64,000 bases of DNA from an uncultured Actinomycetota bacterium. Lineage in GTDB: Bacteria; Actinomycetota; Actinomycetes; JAHEKZ01. Positions 48,938 through 59,235 of the stretch are shown piece after piece. Under the pieces are notes generated by a model, which made no database searches, was not told the origin of the DNA, and saw nothing but the letters and a program-made list of their open reading frames with translations. A program made the position numbers and the translations under genes. Where the stretch lies: contig CAVURN010000003.1 in the NCBI GenBank assembly GCA_963743915.1, positions 192,001 to 256,000 on the forward strand, in the 5' to 3' direction. Position 1 is the stretch's first letter, and the number at the start of each line of letters is the position of its first letter.

Positions 48938-51510
48938 CTGACGCGTCGCTGCCCGCGCGTGACCTCCCGGGGCTCGACCCCACCTGGTCCCGACTGGTGC
49001 AGTCGCCGGACTCCTCCGGCGTCTCACGCACGTGGCACGTCCTGGACCGCACGCCGGACGGTCAGGCCGTCGGCACCGTCCTCTGCATCCACGGCAACCC
49101 CACCTGGTCGTACACCTTCCGGTCATTGGTGGCCGGGCTCGGGGACCGGTGGCGCGTGGTGGCGCCCGACCACCTCGGCATGGGCTTCTCGGAGCGCACA
49201 GGGCGGATGCACCGGCTCGCCGACCGGATCGACGAGCTCGATGCCCTGACCGCCACGCTCGAGGTCGAGGGCCCGGTCCTGCTCGTGGCCCACGACTGGG
49301 GCGGTCCCATCGCCCTCGGGTGGTCGCAGCGCCACCCAGACCTCGTCAGTGGCGTCGTGCTGCTCAACACGGCGGTGAGCCAGCCGGACGCGACCGGCGT
49401 CCCCCCGCTGATCGCCACCGCGCGGTCGGGTCGGCTGCTGCGCACCGTCACGCAACGTACGCGCGCGTTCCTCGACGGGACGCTGCGGCTCGCCCACCCG
49501 ACGCTGCCCAAGGAGGTCGCCGCCGCGTACCGCGCGCCTTATCGTTCCGCGTCCCGGCGGCAGGCGATCGCGGACTTCGTCGCCGACATCCCGCTGGAGG
49601 ACGACCACCCGAGTCGTCCCGCTCTGGACGCCGTCGCGGACGGGCTCGGCTCCTTGCGCGATGTGCCGACGTTGCTCGTCTGGGGACCGCGTGACCCGGT
49701 GTTCGCCCCGCGCTACCTGCGCGACCTGCAGCAGCGGCTCCCCCACGCCCAGACCCACCGTTTCGAAGGTGCCGGACACCTCGTCATCGAGGACGCCCCC
49801 GTCGCCGAGGTGGTGCAGCGGTTCGCCGACGACCTCGCGGCCGGGCGCACGCGCGACCTCCGCGTCCACCCACCGCTGCTGCCGGCGTCCACCGCCGAAC
49901 GACGCACCCTGTGGTCGGCGCTCGAGGCACGGTCCGCGGACACCGGCGTCGCCGTCGTCGAGATGGGACGCCGCGGGCCGGCTCGCACGATCACCTGGCG
50001 CCAGCTGCACGACACAGTGCGGGACCTCTCCGCGGGACTGACCGCGATCGGCGTCCAGCCGCAGGACCGAGTCGCCCTGCTCGTTCCGCCCGGCGCCGAC
50101 CTCACCGCCGTTCTCTACGCGACCTGGCGCGCGGGTGCCGTACCCGTGATCGCCGACGCCGGCCTCGGACTGCCAGGGCTGCGCCGGGCACTGCGTGGGG
50201 CCGACGCGCAACATGTCATCGGGGTCGCGCGAGGGCTCTCAGCGGCCAAGGGTATGGGTCTCACCGGCACGTACATCTCCGTCGGTGGCTTCGCGCCGGG
50301 CCTGCGGCGCGCTCTCGGTGTCGACTACACCCTCGCCGAGCTGGTCCAGATCGGGAAGCAGCTGCCGACCTCGACCACGCCGCCGGTCACGGCAGAGGCA
50401 GCGGTGCTGTTCACCTCCGGGGCCACCGGCCCCGCCAAGGGCGTCGTCTACCGGCATGCGCAGCTCGAGGCGCAGCGTGATCTGGTGCGCGACACCTTCG
50501 GCATCGAGGCCGACGATCGCCTGGTCGCTGCCTTCGCCCCTTTCGCCCTCTACGGTCCCGCGCTCGGCATCGCCTCTGTCGTTCCCGCCATGGACGTCAC
50601 CAAGCCCGGGACTCTCACCGCTCGCACGCTCGCCGACGCCGTCGCCGCGGTGAACGCCTCACTGGTGTTCGCGGCCCCGGCCGCACTGCGGAGCATCGTG
50701 AGGACGGCCTCAGGGCTCGACGACGCCCAGCGTGCGCGGTGCGCGCGCGTGAGACTGCTGCTGTCCGCAGGTGCGCCCGTGCCACGCGAGACGCTGCGGG
50801 CGGCGTCCGACCTGATCGGGGGGTGCGAGGCGCACACCCCCTACGGGATGACCGAAGCCCTCCCCGTCGCAGACGTCACGCTCGCCGAGCTGGACGCTGC
50901 CGAGATGCGCGACGGGATCCTGGTCGGTCACCCCGTTCGCGGTGTCCAGGTGTCGGTGAGCCCGCTGACTGCCGACGGCACCGCTGCGGGTGCACTGACC
51001 GACGAGGCCGGTGTGACGGGTGAGGTCTGCGTGCGCGGACCGCACGTCAAGGACCACTACGACCAGCTGTGGGCGACGCAACGTGACAGTGCACGCGACC
51101 ACGGGTGGCACCGCACCGGCGACGTCGGGCACCTCGACCCCGAGGGACGGCTGTGGATCGAGGGGCGCCTCGTGCACGTGGTGACCACGCCGTCGGGCGT
51201 CATCACCCCGGTCGGACCCGAACAGCGGATCGAAGGGCTCGACGACGTACGGCTCGCGGCTGTTGTCGGGGTGGGGCCGGTCGGGGGCCAGGTCGCTGTC
51301 GCCGTCGTGGAGGCGCCGTCGCAGCCGACGGGGGTGGCGTCACTCGGGCTCACGGACGCGGTGCGCGCGGCGGCGGGCATCGACCTGGCAGCAGTGCTGG
51401 TGGTCAAGGAGCTGCCGGTCGACATCCGTCACAACTCGAAGATCGACCGGACCGGTGTGGCGGTGTGGGCCACCCGCGTCCTGTCCGGCGAGGGCTCGGC
51501 GTCGCCGTGA
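48934..51510 (+). CDS. oleBC: OleB-OleC fusion (alpha/beta-hydrolase beta-lactone decarboxylase + AMP-dependent beta-lactone synthetase)
   Basis: HGNPTWS and HDWGG, then FTSGATGPAKGV, TPYGMTE, WHRTGDVG, DIRHNSKIDR. Confidence 0.88.
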   Translation: MTDASLPARDLPGLDPTWSRLVQSPDSSGVSRTWHVLDRTPDGQAVGTVLCIHGNPTWSYTFRSLVAGLGDRWRVVAPDHLGMGFSERTGRMHRLADRIDELDALTATLEVEGPVLLVAHDWGGPIALGWSQRHPDLVSGVVLLNTAVSQPDATGVPPLIATARSGRLLRTVTQRTRAFLDGTLRLAHPTLPKEVAAAYRAPYRSASRRQAIADFVADIPLEDDHPSRPALDAVADGLGSLRDVPTLLVWGPRDPVFAPRYLRDLQQRLPHAQTHRFEGAGHLVIEDAPVAEVVQRFADDLAAGRTRDLRVHPPLLPASTAERRTLWSALEARSADTGVAVVEMGRRGPARTITWRQLHDTVRDLSAGLTAIGVQPQDRVALLVPPGADLTAVLYATWRAGAVPVIADAGLGLPGLRRALRGADAQHVIGVARGLSAAKGMGLTGTYISVGGFAPGLRRALGVDYTLAELVQIGKQLPTSTTPPVTAEAAVLFTSGATGPAKGVVYRHAQLEAQRDLVRDTFGIEADDRLVAAFAPFALYGPALGIASVVPAMDVTKPGTLTARTLADAVAAVNASLVFAAPAALRSIVRTASGLDDAQRARCARVRLLLSAGAPVPRETLRAASDLIGGCEAHTPYGMTEALPVADVTLAELDAAEMRDGILVGHPVRGVQVSVSPLTADGTAAGALTDEAGVTGEVCVRGPHVKDHYDQLWATQRDSARDHGWHRTGDVGHLDPEGRLWIEGRLVHVVTTPSGVITPVGPEQRIEGLDDVRLAAVVGVGPVGGQVAVAVVEAPSQPTGVASLGLTDAVRAAAGIDLAAVLVVKELPVDIRHNSKIDRTGVAVWATRVLSGEGSASP

Positions 51511-52502
51511 AGGTCCTGGTGACCGGCGGGACCAGCCTGCTCGGAGCGGCAGTCGCCCAGCGACTCGTCGACCGCGGTGACAACGTCGTGACATTGCAGC
51601 GCGGTGAGGCGTCAGGAGGTTGGCTGCAGGCTCGCGGCGACATCCGCGATGCCGCGGCGGTGTCGAGCGCGGTTCGCGGTGCAGACGCTGTGGTGCATCT
51701 CGCCGCGAAGGTGTCCGTGACCGGGCCATGGCAGGAGTTCGAGTCGATCAACGTCGGCGGCACCGAGAACGTCGTGGCCGCGTGTCGCACGCACGGCGTC
51801 CGGCGACTGGTCCACGTGTCGTCGCCATCGGTCGCCCACGTCGGTGACCCGCTGATGGGCGCAGGCGCCGACCCCGCCGACCCCGAACGTGTCCACGGCC
51901 ACTACGCGCGCAGCAAGGCGAAGGCCGAGCAGCTGGCCCTGGCGGAGGCGGATGACGGGCTCTCGGTCGTGGCCGTGCGCCCGCACCTGGTCTGGGGTCC
52001 GGGCGACACCCAGCTGGTGGGACGCATCGTGGAGCGTGCCGCGTCCGGCCGGCTGGTGCTCATCGACGGCGGCACGGCGCTGATCGACACGACGTACCTC
52101 GACAACGCCGCCGATGCACTGGTTGCCGCCCTCGATCGCGCCGATGCCCTCAGCGGCCAGGCCTTCGTGGTCAGCAACGGCGAGCCACGCACCGTCGCCG
52201 AGCTGCTCACCCGGATCTGTCGCGCCGCAGGTGTGCCGGAGCCGACCAGGTCGGTGCCGCGCGCGCTGGCGTCCGGTGCCGGGTTCGTCGTGGAGCGGGC
52301 GTGGACGGCGTCCGGACGCCACGAGGAGCCGCCGATGACACGCTTCCTGGCCGAGCAGCTGTCGACGGCGCACTGGTTCGACCAGCGACGCACCCGCGAG
52401 GCCCTGCAGTGGACGCCACGGGTGCCGCTCGCCGAGGGTTTCGCCCGGCTCACCACCTACTTTCGACGCCAGACCGCCACGGTCACGCCGCAGGACGGGT
52501 AA
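51507..52502 (+). CDS. oleD: OleD NAD(P)-dependent 2-alkyl-3-oxoalkanoate reductase
   Basis: VLVTGGTSLLG, SSPSV, YARSK, RPHLVWGPGD, QLSTAHWF. Confidence 0.88.
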   Translation: MKVLVTGGTSLLGAAVAQRLVDRGDNVVTLQRGEASGGWLQARGDIRDAAAVSSAVRGADAVVHLAAKVSVTGPWQEFESINVGGTENVVAACRTHGVRRLVHVSSPSVAHVGDPLMGAGADPADPERVHGHYARSKAKAEQLALAEADDGLSVVAVRPHLVWGPGDTQLVGRIVERAASGRLVLIDGGTALIDTTYLDNAADALVAALDRADALSGQAFVVSNGEPRTVAELLTRICRAAGVPEPTRSVPRALASGAGFVVERAWTASGRHEEPPMTRFLAEQLSTAHWFDQRRTREALQWTPRVPLAEGFARLTTYFRRQTATVTPQDG

Positions 52503-52551
52503 TCCTGGCGCCCTGGCGTAGGAATCGGTGCGGCACAATGGCCCCGTTCCA

Positions 52552-52639
52552 GGAGGGTTGGCAGAGCGGCCGATTGCACTCGCCTTGAAAGCGAGCGATG
52601 CGCGAGCATCCGGGGGTTCAAATCCCTCACCCTCCGCCA
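52552..52639 (+). tRNA. tRNA-Ser(TGA)
   Basis: GGAGGGT acceptor stem, CTCGC-CT-TGA-AA-GCGAG anticodon arm, long variable arm, GGTTCAAATCC, encoded CCA. Confidence 0.95.
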
Positions 52640-52672
52640 TCGTCCAGCGTCCAGACCGTACTCAGCGAACGA

Positions 52673-53128
52673 TCAGAGCGTCTTGGCGTAGCAGCGGTTC
52701 TGCGGCTCGTTGCGGTAATGCCCAAACCCGGGGATTCGCTCGTAGCCACTGGTCTCGTACAGGTGCATCGCCTCAGGCTGCCCGAGGCCGGTCTCCATCA
52801 GGGCGCGTGAGAAGCCCAACGTCCGAGCCTCCTCCTCGACCAGGGCGAGCAAGTCGCGTGAGTAGCCGCGTCCACGGAACGGCCGTCGCACGAACATGCG
52901 TTTGACCTCGACGTCCGATTCCGACCTCCGACGCATGCCCGCACACCCCACCACCTCGCCGTCGCGATAGACGAGAAGGAACGAGCCAAGGGGTGGGGCA
53001 AAGTCGTCGGGATCGACCGGCGTCTCGTCGCGTCCGCCATACCTCAACACGTACTCCTCCTGCAGCTCCTCGATCAGCTGCTGCGCGAGGGCCGAGTCGT
53101 AGCGCACCCGCTCGAGCGTGAAGGTCAC
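52673..53128 (-). CDS. GNAT family N-acetyltransferase
   Basis: EVKRMFV, FRGRGYS, METGLGQPEAMHLY. Confidence 0.88.
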   Translation of the reverse strand: MTFTLERVRYDSALAQQLIEELQEEYVLRYGGRDETPVDPDDFAPPLGSFLLVYRDGEVVGCAGMRRRSESDVEVKRMFVRRPFRGRGYSRDLLALVEEEARTLGFSRALMETGLGQPEAMHLYETSGYERIPGFGHYRNEPQNRCYAKTL

Positions 53129-53165
53129 CGGACCACGGTAGCTACGCACCCCTACGCTGACGGTC

Positions 53166-53843
53166 ATGGCCCCGCGTCCACTGTCCGAGCTGGTCGACGC
53201 GTCGTGGCTTCCCGCCCTCGAGCCCCAGGCCGACACCATCGCCGCGGTCGGAGCCTTTCTGCGCGCGGAGATCGCGGCGGGACGCGGCTACCTGCCGGCC
53301 GGCGAGAACGTGCTGCGCGCGTTCCGTACCCCGCTGGACGCGGTACGCGTGCTGATCGTCGGACAGGACCCTTACCCCACACCCGGTCATGCGGTCGGGC
53401 TGTCGTTCTCGGTGGCTCCCGAGGTGCGGCCGCTGCCCAAGAGCCTGGCGAACATCTTCACCGAGTACGTCGACGACCTCGGCCTGCCCTACCCCAGCAC
53501 AGGCGACCTTTCGCCCTGGGCAGCGAAGGGGGTGATGCTGCTCAACAGGGTCCTCACCGTGCAGCCGGGTGCGCCGGCGTCCCACCGCGGCAAAGGCTGG
53601 GAGCAGGTGACCGAAGCGGCCATCGCGGCACTTGCGACGAGGGGCGGTCCCCTGGTGGCCGTCCTGTGGGGGCGCGACGCCCAGGGCTTGGCCCCGATGC
53701 TGGGCGACGTCCCGCAGGTCGCCAGCGTCCACCCGAGCCCACTGTCGGCGTCCCGCGGCTTCTTCGGCTCGCGGCCGTTCAGCCGGGCCAACGCGGCGCT
53801 CACGGCGCAGGGTGGGGAGCCCGTGGACTGGCGACTGCCCTGA
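53166..53843 (+). CDS. ung: Uracil-DNA glycosylase (family 1)
   Basis: [27 protein letters not shown]. Confidence 0.95.
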   Translation: MAPRPLSELVDASWLPALEPQADTIAAVGAFLRAEIAAGRGYLPAGENVLRAFRTPLDAVRVLIVGQDPYPTPGHAVGLSFSVAPEVRPLPKSLANIFTEYVDDLGLPYPSTGDLSPWAAKGVMLLNRVLTVQPGAPASHRGKGWEQVTEAAIAALATRGGPLVAVLWGRDAQGLAPMLGDVPQVASVHPSPLSASRGFFGSRPFSRANAALTAQGGEPVDWRLP

Positions 53844-53937
53844 CCTGACGGTTCTCGGCCTCACGCGACGACGCCCCGAGTGAGTGGTGGTCGATGCCGC
53901 GGACGGGTCGTCGACGACGCTGTCGTAGCCTGCGCGT

Positions 53938-54639
53938 GTGAAAGCTCTGGTGATCGCCAACTCCGGTGACGACGACGCGGGTCACGTCGGGGACCGTCTG
54001 CGGCAGCGCGGTTTCGAGCTCGCGGTCTTCCACCGGGACGGGGCGGGTGACATCGACCTCGACGGCGTCGACCTCGTCGTGCTGCTCGGTTCCGACTGGT
54101 CGGTCTACTGGGAGCGGGTCAGCAACCACGTCGACCGCGAGTCCGACGCCGTTCGTCGCGCTGCCGACGCCGACCTCCCCCTGCTCGGAATCTGCTACGG
54201 CGGACAGCTGATGTCGCACGCCCTCGGCGGCTCGGTCGAGCCGGCACTCCGCACCGAGATCGGCTGGTTCGACGTGCAGTCACAGGACGCCGAGCTCGCG
54301 CCGCCTGGTCCGTGGTTCGAGTACCACGTCGACAAGTTCACCCCGCCCGCGGACGCCGAGGTGTTCGCCTCGACCGAGGCGGGGCCGCAGGCGTACCGGC
54401 TCGGCCGGATGCTGGCGCTGCAGTTCCACCCCGAGGTGTCGACCGAGATCATCCGCCGGTGGGGGCGGGACGCCGCCGCCGATGCCGAGAAGCATGGGGT
54501 CGACCTCGAGGCGGTCTACTCCCAGAGCGAGCAGCTGGCCGAGCAGAACCGACGGCGCTGCTTCGCCCTCGTGGACGCCTTCCTCGAGCGAGTCGCCTTC
54601 CCCCAAGGTCTGCCGAGCGCGGCCCTGGGTGACACCTGA
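53938..54639 (+). CDS. Type 1 glutamine amidotransferase-like protein
   Basis: GICYGGQ (Cys), QFHPE (His-Glu). Confidence 0.88.
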   Translation: MKALVIANSGDDDAGHVGDRLRQRGFELAVFHRDGAGDIDLDGVDLVVLLGSDWSVYWERVSNHVDRESDAVRRAADADLPLLGICYGGQLMSHALGGSVEPALRTEIGWFDVQSQDAELAPPGPWFEYHVDKFTPPADAEVFASTEAGPQAYRLGRMLALQFHPEVSTEIIRRWGRDAAADAEKHGVDLEAVYSQSEQLAEQNRRRCFALVDAFLERVAFPQGLPSAALGDT

Positions 54640-54654
54640 GCGCGTCCGCCGTGG

Positions 54655-55651
54655 TCAGACCGTGAGCTCACGGGTCAGGGAGAGAGTCGAGACGATCACC
54701 TTCATGCCCAGTCCCTCGTAGAGGCGCGTCGCGCCCGTGGCGTTGTTGGAGTCCACTCCCAGCTGCAGTGCGGTGCGTCCACGCCTGCGGTAGTCGTCAA
54801 AGGCGTTGAGCAGCAACGCCTTTGCGATCCCCTGCCCACGCGCCCGCTTCAGGACGCCGAGCGAACGCACGTATCCGACCGTCGGCGTCGCCGCGGGAGT
54901 TGTCACCCAGCAGCATGCCCACAGGCTCACCGTCTCGATAGGCGAACCACCATGCCTCCGGGTCGTACTTCTCGGTACCGCGCCAGAACACCCGGAAGTC
55001 GTCGAACGACTGCTGCGAGCTGCCGTGGTGCTCGCTGAAAGCCTCGTTCTGCAGGTCGAGTGCGACTCGCAGCACGCCATCGTCGTCCGGGTCGACCCGA
55101 CGGATCTGCACCCCCGGAGGAAGGCTGAAGGTGTAGTCAGCGTCTGGCGTCAGCTCGACCGCCATGCGCCAGTAGAGGGCATCCACGGACAGCCCGGCCC
55201 GCTCGTAGGCCGCCCGCATCTGTGACTCCTGCTGGTAGATGCCGGCCTTCACCTGCGTGCCTGACCCCCCGCGCGCCACCACCGAAGAGCGGATCTGCTC
55301 GAGGCAGGTGGCCACCGTGGCATCGGCCACCGCATCGAAGTTGGTGGCCTCGAGGCGTGGATCGACGTAGACGTCCATCCACGCGTAGTCGTCGTTCTCG
55401 TCGAAACCCTGCGCGTAGACGACGACGTCTCCGTCGGCGCGCACTGCCACGACGGTGTCCCGCGTGATGTCGAAGCGGAGCCCGGTGAGGTCGTCGCGCA
55501 CGTCGGCCTCGGAGGCGTCCGGATAGCCCAGCAGGGCGGTCGTCACCCGACCGATGTGGGCCGTGATCGCCGGGACGTCGTCGAACGACGCGGCACGCAC
55601 CTCGTGGCCAGGGAGGACGCCGAGACAGCCTGCTGTGGTCCACCCGGTCAC
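54655..55651 (-). CDS. Tandem GNAT acetyltransferase, frameshift near 54880
   Basis: C-terminal LGVLKRARGQGIAKALL...LGVDSNNATGATRLYEGLGM is in a different frame from the N-terminal part. Confidence 0.75.
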
Positions 55652-55704
55652 CCTGACGGCACCCCCGCGGGTTGGCAAACCCATTTCTGGGGGAAGATGT
55701 CTTC

Positions 55705-56238
55705 ATGACGCAGCCGGACAGTGACGCCAACCGCATCGTGATCGTGGGACCCGACGGGGAGCCCGTGGGCGAGGTCGACTCCGACAGTGGTGACGGCCAG
55801 CAGTCGATCACCGAGCTCGTCGAGGAGCCCGGCAAGGTCATGCGGATCGGCACCATGATCAAGCAGCTGCTCGAGGAGGTGCGCAGCGCACCGCTGGACG
55901 AGGCGGGCCGGGCGCGCCTCAAGGAGATCCACCGGCGGTCGATCGCCGAGCTCGAGGACGGGCTCGCGCCCGAGCTGACCGAGGAGCTCGAGCGGATCTC
56001 GTTGCCCTTCACCGACGACGGCGTGCCCAGCGAGGCCGAGCTGCGGATCGCCCAGGCGCAGCTGGTGGGCTGGCTCGAGGGGCTCTTCCACGGGATCCAG
56101 ACCGCGCTGTTCGCCCAGCAGGTGGCGGCCCGCGCCCAGTTCGAGGAGATGCGCCGCCGCGCGGCGCTACCCGCAGGGTCCGGTCAGGAGATGCCGCAAG
56201 AGGCACCGGGACCCCGCAGCAGCGGCCCCTACCTGTAG
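55705..56238 (+). CDS. bpa: Bacterial proteasome activator (Bpa/PafE)
   Basis: KVMRIGTMIKQLLEEV, ELRIAQAQLVGWLEGLFHGIQ, C-terminal HbYX-type GPYL. Confidence 0.93.
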   Translation: MTQPDSDANRIVIVGPDGEPVGEVDSDSGDGQQSITELVEEPGKVMRIGTMIKQLLEEVRSAPLDEAGRARLKEIHRRSIAELEDGLAPELTEELERISLPFTDDGVPSEAELRIAQAQLVGWLEGLFHGIQTALFAQQVAARAQFEEMRRRAALPAGSGQEMPQEAPGPRSSGPYL

Positions 56239-56271
56239 GCCACACACTCGACGCGTTCCCGCGTCCACCAA

Positions 56272-57286
56272 CTACGCAGTCGGCGGGCTGTTCACCAGGT
56301 GGCAGGCGGCGTCGTGGGTCAGGTCGTGGGTGCCCACCCCGATGGGGATGCTCGGCGGCAGGATCGCCGGGCTGACCGTCGAGCAGGCGGTGAGGACGCC
56401 GGCGCGCTCGGCGACGCCGTCCCGGACCTCCTGGCACCGTGGGTGGAAGCGGCAGCCACTGGGGATCTTGGTGGGGTCCGGGGTCTCTCCCGTGAGCACG
56501 ATCTGCTCCATGCCGTGCATCTCGGGCACGACCGACAGCAGCGCCCGCGTGTAGGGGTGCTGAGGGTTGCTGAGCACCTCCTCGGTCGGACCTTGCTCGA
56601 CGACGCGGCCGAGGTACATCACCACGATCCGGTCGGCGATGTTCCAGGCCAGGCCGAGGTCGTGCGTGACGACGAGCAGGGTGAGCCCGAGCTCTTCACG
56701 GAGCTTCAGCATCAGCGCCAGGATCTCGCCCCGGACCGAGGCGTCGAGGCTGCTGACCGGCTCGTCAGCGATGATGACCTCAGGGTCGAGCGCCAGTGCG
56801 CCGGCGATCACCACGCGCTGTCGCTGACCACCGGAGAGCTCGTGCGGGTAGCGCAGGAAGAACCGCTCCGGCGGTCGCAACCCTGCCGCTGACAGGGCGC
56901 GACTGACGCGACCCGTCTCGTCCTCCATGCCGTGCGTCCGCGGACCTTCGGCCACCGCCTCGTACACCGAGTGACGCGGGTTCAGCGACCCGGTCGGGTC
57001 CTGCAGCACCAGCTGCACGTGCTTGCGGTAGGCCTTGAGTCCGCGTCCGCTGTACGTTCAGGGGTTCACCGTGGAAGCGCACCTCACCCGACGCCGGCTT
57101 CTCCAGCCCGAGGATCGTCCGCGCGAGGGTGGTCTTGCCGCAGCCCGACTCCCCCACCATGGCGACGATCTCGCCCTTGCGGATCGCCAGGTTGACCCCG
57201 TCGACAGCCCTGGCGGTGCCACCCTCGCGACCAGCGAACGTGACGTGCAGGTCGTCGACCTCGACCACGGTGTCCGTCGTGGTCAT
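56272..57286 (-). CDS. Oligopeptide/dipeptide ABC transporter ATPase (OppF-like), frameshift near 57050
   Basis: GESGCGKT, LSGGQRQR, DEP, HPYT, GCRFHPRC. Confidence 0.85.
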
Positions 57287-58297
57287 GGGGAGTGGTCCTC
57301 GGCGGCGGCGGTCACGGGGCGACAGCTCCTTCGTCGGCGTGGATGCACGCCACCTGACGCGCTGGGCCGAACGGTTCGAGCTCGACGTCGACCGTGGTGC
57401 ATTCGTCGGTGGCGCGGGGGCAGCGGGGGTGGAACGAGCACCCCGACGGCAGGTCACCGGGGAACGGGGGGTCACCGGGGAGCCCGGAGGGTGCGTACCG
57501 CGACGTGTCGTCACCGATCGTCGGGAACGCCCCCATCAGCGCTCGCGTGTACGGGTGGGCGGGTGCGGAGAAGAGCTCGTTGGCCGTTGCCTTCCTCGAC
57601 CACGCGGCCCGCGTACATGATGGCGATCCGGTCGCAGTTGGTCGCGAGCACCGACAGGTCGTGGCTGATGATGACCATCCCCATCGAGCGCTCGCGCGCG
57701 ATCCCCTTGAGCAGGTCGAGGATCTGCGCCTGCACCATGACGTCGAGCGCCGTCGTGGGCTCGTCGCAGAGCAGCACCTTGGGGTCGCAGGTCAAGGCCA
57801 GGGCGATCATGATCGCGCTGCTTCTGACCACCGGAGAGCTGGTGCGGGTAGGCGTTGGCGTGCCGGGCGGGCAGCCCGACCTGCTCGAGCAGCTCGCGCA
57901 CCTTGCGTTGGGCGGACGCCTCGGTGGCGCCCTTCTCGTGCAGCAGGATCGGTTCGGCGAGCTGCTTGCCGATCCGCTGGATCGGGTTGAGCGAGTGCAG
58001 GGCGCCCTGGAAGACGACCGCCGCCTCACCCCACCGCACGGCTCGCATGCGGTTCCACTTCATGTCGAAGACGTTCTCGCCGTCGACGAGCACCTCGCCC
58101 TCGACCGTGGCGCTCTTCGGGTAGAGACGCAGCACCGTCGAGATCAGGGTGGACTTGCCGCAGCCGGACTCGCCGGCAACCCCGAGCACCTCGCCGGCCT
58201 CGACCGCGAGGTTGACGCCGCGAACCGCCGGCACTGGTCCCTCGGCCGGGTGATAGGTGAGCGAGACGTCCCTCATCTCCAGAACGGCCACGGTCAC
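57283..58297 (-). CDS. Oligopeptide/dipeptide ABC transporter ATPase (OppD-like), several frameshifts
   Basis: GESGCGKST, LSGGQKQR, DEPTTALD and GCSFHPRC spread over three frames. Confidence 0.8.
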
Positions 58298-59235
58298 TCA
58301 CTTCCCAGGCGCGGGTTCAGCACGACCTCGAGGGTACGGCCGATCAGGGTGAAGGCCAGCACGACCGCGATGACGCAGAGGCCGGGCGGCAGCAGGAACC
58401 ACCACGCACCGCGCAGCGCGGCGCCTGACGTAGTCCGCGCTGTCGAGCATGCTTCCCCAGGAGATCTGCGTTGGGGTCCAGCAGCCCGAGGAAGCCCAGC
58501 ACCGTCATCGACAGGATGACGATGGCCACCGTCAGCGTGGTGTTGGCGATGACCAGCGGCGTGACGTTGGGCAGGACGTGCCGCGTCATCTGCTTCCAGT
58601 CGCTGTTGCCGAGCACCTTGGCCCGCTCGATGTACGGGCGGGCTTCGACGCTCAGCGTCTGGGCCCGGACCAGGCGGGCCGTTCCGGGCCATGACGTGAC
58701 CCCGAGGACGAGCACGGTGATCCAGATCGACGTCTGCCCGAGCACCGCCTGCAGCACGATCACCAGCGGGACGAAGGGCAGCACCAGGAACCAGTCGGTG
58801 AGGCGTTCCATGGCGGCGCCGAAGAGTCCGCGGAAGTGACCGCTGGCGATGCCGACCAGGGTGCCGATCACCATCGCGATCAACGACGCCAGGATGCCGA
58901 TGATCAGTGACGGGCCGCGCGCCCCAGGCGAGCTCGGCGAGCACCGAGCGCCCGAGGTCGTCGGTTCCCAGCCAGTAGTAGAACTCCCCGCTCGGCGGGC
59001 GCCAGGTCGTCGTTGGCCAAGGTTCTCGTTCGGGTCGAGCAGGGAGTCGGGAAAGATCAGCGGCGCAGCAAGCGCCACGACGATGAAGAACAGCAGGATG
59101 CCGACGCCGAGCATGCCGGTGCGGTGCTTGGCGAAGGTCTGGGCGAAGCGCGGCGACGGCAATGCGACGACGCTTCCACGCGATCGATCGCGGCGACGCG
59201 AAGCACTGGCGGCTCGAGCGTCGGTCGGCGCTCAT
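58294..59235 (-). CDS. Peptide ABC transporter permease (OppC-like), several frameshifts
   Basis: WLGTDDLGR, ARLVRAQTL, HVLPN, WWFLLPPG. Confidence 0.8.
   Translation of the reverse strand: MSADRRSSRQCFASPRSIAWKRRRIAVAALRPDLRQAPHRHARRRHPAVLHRRGACCAADLSRLPARPEREPWPTTTWRPPSGEFYYWLGTDDLGRSVLAELAWGARPVTDHRHPGVVDRDGDRHPGRHRQRSLPRTLRRRHGTPHRLVPGAALRPAGDRAAGGARADVDLDHRARPRGHVMARNGPPGPGPDAERRSPPVHRAGQGARQQRLEADDAARPAQRHAAGHRQHHADGGHRHPVDDGAGLPRAAGPQRRSPGEACSTARTTSGAALRGAWWFLLPPGLCVIAVVLAFTLIGRTLEVVLNPRLGSE

Noticed and set aside
47918-51510. FabH plus NRPS-like antibiotic cluster
   Set aside because: No carrier, condensation or KS domains; gene order and motifs match oleA-oleBC-oleD.
52552-52639. 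TGA-anticodon tRNA as selenocysteine or suppressor tRNA
   Set aside because: Anticodon TGA reads UCA (Ser); tRNA-Sec would have TCA and an extended acceptor stem.
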